Shown here: positions 27,909 to 32,000 of the stretch, piece by piece
How the letters are laid out: every line of letters begins with the position of its first letter
How positions within the stretch are numbered: position 1 is the first letter of the stretch
Position numbers and translations under genes: made by a program
From: Fastidiosibacter lacustris
GTDB lineage: Bacteria; Pseudomonadota; Gammaproteobacteria; Francisellales; Francisellaceae
Assembly: GCF_003428155.1 (NCBI RefSeq)
Contig: NZ_QLIR01000001.1
Coordinates: 224,558 to 256,557 of the forward strand
Length of the DNA: 32,000 nucleotides
Direction: 5' to 3'
Notes under the pieces: model-generated
What the model saw: only the letters and a program-made list of their open reading frames with translations
Databases searched by the model: none
Told to the model about the DNA's origin: nothing

Positions 27909-29731
27909 TTCTAACCGCTTTAACCCAATATTATAATCGACTGGCGAATACGGAAAAAGGTGCAAAAGTACCTGCTTATGGATTTAGTGAAGAAAAAATC
28001 GGCTATATTTTAGTGCTGTCTGAGTCAGGGGAGTTAGTGGATGTTGTGCCTAATTTCACCGATGAAAAAAAGCCCAAAGCAAAATTAATGAGCGTACCAT
28101 GCCCAGAAAAAAGAACATCAGGTATTAAGCCTAACTTTTTGTGGGATAAAACGGCATATGTTTTAGGTGTCTCACTGCCAAAAGACAAAAAAAGTGAATC
28201 AACGTTTGAGCTATCGCTACCTAATTTCGAGGCTTTTAAGAGCTATCATCTCAAATTATTAAAAAATCAAGAAGAGAAAGGTCTAAAGGCATTGTCCAAT
28301 TTTTTACAAAATTGGCAACCAGAAGAATTTGAAAGTTCATTGTGTACACCTGAAATTTTGGATGCCAACGTGATATTTCAATTGGATGGTGTTAGGCAAT
28401 ACATTCACGAGTCCCAATTGGCTAAGGCAATTTGGGCGAATCAACTGAAATCAGATGATGCATCTGATGATGCTATGTGTCTGATAACAGGTACTCAAAC
28501 GCCTATTTCAAGATTGCACCCAGCAATTAAAGGTGTCTCTGGTGGACAAAGCTCCGGAGTGTCGATTGTTTCCTTTAATAAAGAATCATTTGAATCTTTT
28601 GGCAAGAAACAAGGTGATAATGCACCAGTTTCTGTACAAGCTGCTTTTGCCTATACGACTGCCTTAAACTACCTATTACGCGACGAAAATAATCAAGTTA
28701 TCAGCTTGGGTGATACTAGCGTTGTTTTCTGGGCATTAGCTAAAAAAGAAGAACAGGCAAAAAAAGTAGAATCTTTCTTTATGATGGGGTTTAATCCGCC
28801 ATCACCTACCGATGACAGTGAAACAGTTCAATTGAATGCTGAGTTAGAGAAGTTTACTAAAGGTCGACCCTTGGCAGAGATTGATCCTGAGCTTGATCCT
28901 GACACCCAGTTCTTTATTTTGGGATTGACGCCTAATGCAGCGCGTCTTTCGATTCGTTTTTGGTTACAAACTAGTTTTGGTCAGATTCAGCAAAGACTTG
29001 CTGAGCATTTTCAAGATTTAGCCTTAGCTCCTTTACCTTGGAAAACACCACCATCTATTTGGCGTCTTTTATTACAGCTAAGTCCTCATCGTGAAGGGCA
29101 GAAAAGTAAGATAGATGATGTCCCAGTACATTTGGCTGGAGAGTTAATGCGTTCTATTTTGACGGGGCAGCGTTATCCAAGATCTATTATTGCACAAATT
29201 TTATCTAGATTTAGAGCTGATGGAGATATTGGGGGTTTAAGAATTGCTATGGTAAAAGCTGTTTTGCAAAGAGAATTTAGGAAAAATTTGATAACAGAGG
29301 AGATCCCTATGAGTTTAGATGAGTCAAATACCAATCAAGCGTATTTGCTTGGCAGGCTTTTTGCCGTGTTAGAGAATATACAGGAAAGAGCTTTGGGTGA
29401 TAAGTTGAATGCTACGATTGCTGATAAATACTATGCTTCAGCCTCAACTGTGCCATATTCAGTTTATCCGCGATTACTATCAGGAAGCAAACATCACTTG
29501 TCTAAAGTTCGCAAAGATAAACCAAAGTTAGCAGTCTATTTGGAAAATAGGCTTGGTCAAATTATGACACAATTACCAACAGAATTCCCACGCCATTTTT
29601 CTATCGAAAATCAAGGGCGTTTTTCGATTGGCTATTATCAGCAAAAGTTCACCCCCTCTAAAGAAAAAGAAGATCCAAAAGACAAAGAAGATCCAACTAA
29701 GTCTATTGATGAAACACAAGGAGTAGAATAA
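27905..29731 (+). CDS. cas8c: Type I-C large subunit Cas8c (Csd1)
   Basis: 608 aa. Sits between cas5 and cas7. The N-terminus MILTALTQYYNRL and the C-terminal AYLLGRLFAVLE region are typical of Csd1. Confidence 0.92.
   Translation: MILTALTQYYNRLANTEKGAKVPAYGFSEEKIGYILVLSESGELVDVVPNFTDEKKPKAKLMSVPCPEKRTSGIKPNFLWDKTAYVLGVSLPKDKKSESTFELSLPNFEAFKSYHLKLLKNQEEKGLKALSNFLQNWQPEEFESSLCTPEILDANVIFQLDGVRQYIHESQLAKAIWANQLKSDDASDDAMCLITGTQTPISRLHPAIKGVSGGQSSGVSIVSFNKESFESFGKKQGDNAPVSVQAAFAYTTALNYLLRDENNQVISLGDTSVVFWALAKKEEQAKKVESFFMMGFNPPSPTDDSETVQLNAELEKFTKGRPLAEIDPELDPDTQFFILGLTPNAARLSIRFWLQTSFGQIQQRLAEHFQDLALAPLPWKTPPSIWRLLLQLSPHREGQKSKIDDVPVHLAGELMRSILTGQRYPRSIIAQILSRFRADGDIGGLRIAMVKAVLQREFRKNLITEEIPMSLDESNTNQAYLLGRLFAVLENIQERALGDKLNATIADKYYASASTVPYSVYPRLLSGSKHHLSKVRKDKPKLAVYLENRLGQIMTQLPTEFPRHFSIENQGRFSIGYYQQKFTPSKEKEDPKDKEDPTKSIDETQGVE
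29309..29731 (+). CDS. cas11c: Cas11c small subunit from an internal in-frame start within cas8c
   Basis: In-frame ATG at 29309, preceded by GAGGAG (29297-29302) with 6-nt spacing. It yields 140 aa starting MSLDESNTNQAYLLGRLFAVLE. Internal translation of Cas11 from cas8c is established for type I-C. Confidence 0.6.
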   Translation: MSLDESNTNQAYLLGRLFAVLENIQERALGDKLNATIADKYYASASTVPYSVYPRLLSGSKHHLSKVRKDKPKLAVYLENRLGQIMTQLPTEFPRHFSIENQGRFSIGYYQQKFTPSKEKEDPKDKEDPTKSIDETQGVE

Positions 29732-30601
29732 ATGACTATCCAACATCGTTATGAATTTGTTTATTTTTTTGATGTCACTAATGGTAATCCAAATGGCGAT
29801 CCTGATGCAGGAAATATGCCTCGTCTTGATCCTGAATCTAGCAAAGGATTAGTGACGGATGTCAGTTTAAAACGTAAAATCCGTAACTACATTCAGTTTA
29901 GTAATGAAAATAAGCCTGGCTATGACATTTATGTGCAAGAAAAAAGTATATTAAATCAGCAGAATCAGAAAGCTTATGATGCTTTAGAAATTAAAGCAGA
30001 ACCTAAAAAGTTACCAAAAGATCAGGAAAAAGCTAAAGCTATTACTGATTGGATGTGTGCTAATTTCTTTGACGTTCGCGCTTTTGGTGCAGTCATGACA
30101 ACGGAAGTGAATTCAGGTCAGGTGCGCGGACCATTTCAGTTAGCATTTGCAAAATCAATTGATCCAATTATTCCTTTGGAGATCTCTATTACGCGAATGG
30201 CGGTGACGAATGAGAAAGATTTAGAAAAAGAACGTACGATTGGACGCAAACATATTGTGCCTTATGGTTTATATCGTGTACATGGTTTTATTTCAGCAAA
30301 ACTAGCAGAAAAAACAGGGTTTTCTGAAAGTGATTTAAGTAAATTGTGGAAAGCCTTAGAAATGATGTTTGAACACGATCATTCTGCTGCTCGTGGTGAG
30401 ATGTCAGCACGTAAGTTGATTGTATTTAAACATCAGGATATGCTAGGGAATGCTCCAGCGTACAAGTTATTTAATCGTGTTACTGTTGAGCGTGTGAAAG
30501 GTGAATTAGGTACGCCAGCCAGTGCATTTGATGATTATGTAATTCATTTGGATACGTCAGGCTTAGAGACTTTAGGAGTTGAAGCGAGAGAGCTTTTTTA
30601 A
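29732..30601 (+). CDS. cas7: Type I-C Cas7 (Csd2) backbone subunit
   Basis: 289 aa. Contains FDVTNGNPNGDPDAGNMPR and DVRAFGAVMT, which are typical Csd2/Cas7 motifs. Confidence 0.93.
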   Translation: MTIQHRYEFVYFFDVTNGNPNGDPDAGNMPRLDPESSKGLVTDVSLKRKIRNYIQFSNENKPGYDIYVQEKSILNQQNQKAYDALEIKAEPKKLPKDQEKAKAITDWMCANFFDVRAFGAVMTTEVNSGQVRGPFQLAFAKSIDPIIPLEISITRMAVTNEKDLEKERTIGRKHIVPYGLYRVHGFISAKLAEKTGFSESDLSKLWKALEMMFEHDHSAARGEMSARKLIVFKHQDMLGNAPAYKLFNRVTVERVKGELGTPASAFDDYVIHLDTSGLETLGVEARELF

Positions 30602-30608
30602 CTGTGTT

Positions 30609-31223
30609 ATGTCGGATATATTAATCTCCCTTTCCGCCCTCCAGCACTATGCCTTTTGTCCTAGGCAATGTGCGCTTATTCACAATGAGCAAGTGTGGTC
30701 AGAGAATTGGTTGACCGCTCAAGGGCAGCAATTACATCAGCGTGTTGATAGTGGCGTGCCTGAAACACGCAAAGGGATTCGTTATGAGCGAGCTGTGCGT
30801 GTTTCAGCACCTAAACTGGGCTTAGTTGGTAAGCTTGATCTTATTGAAGTGGATATTAAAACAGGTATTTGTTTTCCAGTGGAATATAAACGTGGCAAGC
30901 CAAAACAAGATCATATCGATCTTATTCAGTTATGTGCGCAAGTATTGTGCCTTGAGGAGATGCTTAAACTGAGCATTAATCATGTTGCAATGTGGTATTG
31001 GCAGACAAAGCATCGCATTGAGGTTGTATTAACGCAAAGCTTGCGTGATGAAACGCTGACTATAATTGAAAAAACAAGGATGTTACTGGAAAGTGGGATG
31101 ACTCCTAAAGCCAAATATGAGAAAAAGTGTGATGCCTGTTCATTATACGATTTGTGTAACCCAAAACTTATGTTTAAAGACAAAAGCAAAGTATATGTGA
31201 ACATGCTTTTTCAGGAGGGATAG
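30609..31223 (+). CDS. cas4: Cas4 RecB-like exonuclease
   Basis: 204 aa from the ATG at 30609. Contains LQHYAFCPRQCAL and the C-terminal Cys cluster CDACSLYDLC (Fe-S). The DxK-type core reads VGKLDLIEV..EYKRGK. Confidence 0.9.
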   Translation: MSDILISLSALQHYAFCPRQCALIHNEQVWSENWLTAQGQQLHQRVDSGVPETRKGIRYERAVRVSAPKLGLVGKLDLIEVDIKTGICFPVEYKRGKPKQDHIDLIQLCAQVLCLEEMLKLSINHVAMWYWQTKHRIEVVLTQSLRDETLTIIEKTRMLLESGMTPKAKYEKKCDACSLYDLCNPKLMFKDKSKVYVNMLFQEG

Positions 31224-31226
31224 GCA

Positions 31227-31895
31227 TTGAAAAAATTACAAAACACACTCTATATCACCAAACAAGGCGCTTATTTGCACAAGGAACGTGAGACACTGGT
31301 CATTGAAGTTGAAAAGGAAAAAGCAATGCAGTTGCCTATTCATGCAATTCAGGCGATTTATTGCTTTGGTAATGTTATGGTATCACCTTTTTTGCTGGGA
31401 TTTTGTGGTGAGAATAATGTCCATTTGGCATTTTTTACTGAATATGGTCGTTTTCTTGGGCGTTTACATGGCACACAAAGTGGTAATATCTTGTTAAGGA
31501 AAGCACAATATAAAATTGCAGAAACTGATCCTGTACCTATTGCCAGAAATATAATTGCGGCAAAGCTTAATTCTTCACGAGCGGTATTATATCGCAGGTT
31601 ACGCAATCATGGGGAAAATAAAGCGGTTGAAAATGCAGTTGAGCAAATAAGTTATACTATCAGGCGCTTGCAAAAGACAGAAACTTTGGAGGCAAATTTA
31701 GGTTTAGAAGGTGAGGCTGCCTCCGTGTATTTTAGTGTTTTTAATGAATTGATTTTATCTGCTGTACAACCTGATTTTACTTTCGATATACGTAGTCGCA
31801 GACCTCCGTTGGATCCTGTTAATGCTATGCTATCATTTTTATATAGTGTCGTTGGAAATGATATTAGAGTTCCTTCCAAACCGTATTTAATCTAG
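31227..31895 (+). pseudogene. cas1: Cas1, 3'-truncated; native sequence ends near 31866
   Basis: TTG start after AGGAGGGA. The first ~213 aa are Cas1-like (TLYITKQGAYLHKERETLVIE, PPLDPVNAMLSFLYS). The frame then runs into unrelated sequence and stops at 222 aa, whereas I-C Cas1 proteins are typically ~340 aa. The catalytic C-terminal half is absent. Confidence 0.85.
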
Positions 31896-32000
31896 CAAAA
31901 TAGCTATTTAAAAATTAAAGGTGGATATGATCAATGAGATGGGAAACGATAAACAAGTTAGCAGCAGATGAGTTTCGTCGTTTAACAGGTGTAAAAAAGC
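31867..32000 (+). mobile_element. Left end of an insertion sequence interrupting cas1; the boundary is approximate
   Basis: Cas1 similarity is lost abruptly after ...GNDIR. An AT-rich leader, the SD AAAGGTGGA and a transposase-like ORF start follow. The other IS end lies outside the window. Confidence 0.5.
31934..32000 (+). CDS. Transposase N-terminus (partial, runs off the window), HTH_Tnp_4-like as in IS5-family/DDE_Tnp_4 elements
   Basis: Hand translation gives MRWETINKLAADEFRRLTGVKK.... The L..eF+R.tGV+k pattern is typical of N-termini of this transposase class (e.g. ISFtu2-like). Only 22 codons are visible. Confidence 0.45.
   Translation, partial: MRWETINKLAADEFRRLTGVKK

Noticed and set aside
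30579-30608. Upstream TTG start for cas4 in the ORF track
   Set aside because: The extension overlaps the cas7 3' end. The ATG at 30609 gives the typical Cas4 N-terminus (MSDILISLSALQHYAFCPRQC).
435-31879. Remaining short ORFs in the six-frame track that are antisense or out of frame within annotated genes (e.g. 435-848, 1782-2036, 2973-3326, 3323-3544, 5196-5393, 9497-9724, 11927-12130, 13746-13937, 16693-16878, 19063-19281, 19714-19923, 20645-20836, 21183-21368, 21387-21587, 24125-24328, 24604-24837, 25425-25664, 26093-26308, 26677-26877, 28003-28188, 30980-31204, 31288-31497, 31358-31606, 31652-31879)
   Set aside because: Each lies entirely or largely inside a longer ORF with clear family motifs. 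They are shadow ORFs typical of AT-rich DNA.
1-32000. Canonical CRISPR array, tRNA, rRNA or tmRNA genes
   Set aside because: None was found on reading the window. The only repeat-like units are the two degenerate ones at 27134-27221. The bona fide array, if it exists, must lie beyond the IS at the right edge.

Overview
This is an AT-rich gammaproteobacterial chromosome segment. Gene content and order suggest Legionellales, but that taxon call is inference only. Positions 1-24.4 kb hold ordinary housekeeping genes. On the minus strand: mscS, a POT peptide transporter, prmA-accC-accB-aroQ and apaH-rsmA-surA-lptD. On the plus strand: an AmgK-like kinase, dnaE, yebC-ruvC-ruvA, an MFS transporter and accA. 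Back on the minus strand: a Zn/Cd-type P1B ATPase with its ArsR/SmtB regulator, and yigZ. Positions 24.6-32 kb hold a type I-C CRISPR-Cas locus: cas3, cas5, cas8c (with an internal cas11c start), cas7, cas4 and cas1. No canonical CRISPR array lies inside the window. The locus is damaged at both ends. cas3 is frameshifted in an A8 run, and cas1 is truncated by what looks like an IS element that runs off the window. cas5, cas8c and cas7 look intact. The main finding is the 356-bp cas3-cas5 gap. It contains a near-consensus sigma70 promoter (TTGACT-17-TAGAAT) and a 49-codon ORF for a peptide with a hydrophobic tail. It also contains a degenerate two-repeat I-C mini-array whose second repeat ends in the cas5 Shine-Dalgarno. 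The 24-nt pseudo-spacer matches a TTC-PAM-flanked site over the cas3 stop codon, just upstream of that promoter. It matches at every position from 1 to 22 except 6, 12 and 18, which are the positions Cascade does not base-pair. I read this as a CRISPR-repeat-derived regulatory RNA module (CreTA/CreR-like): Cascade self-repression, possibly coupled to a small membrane toxin. The sequence matches are directly visible; the function is inference.
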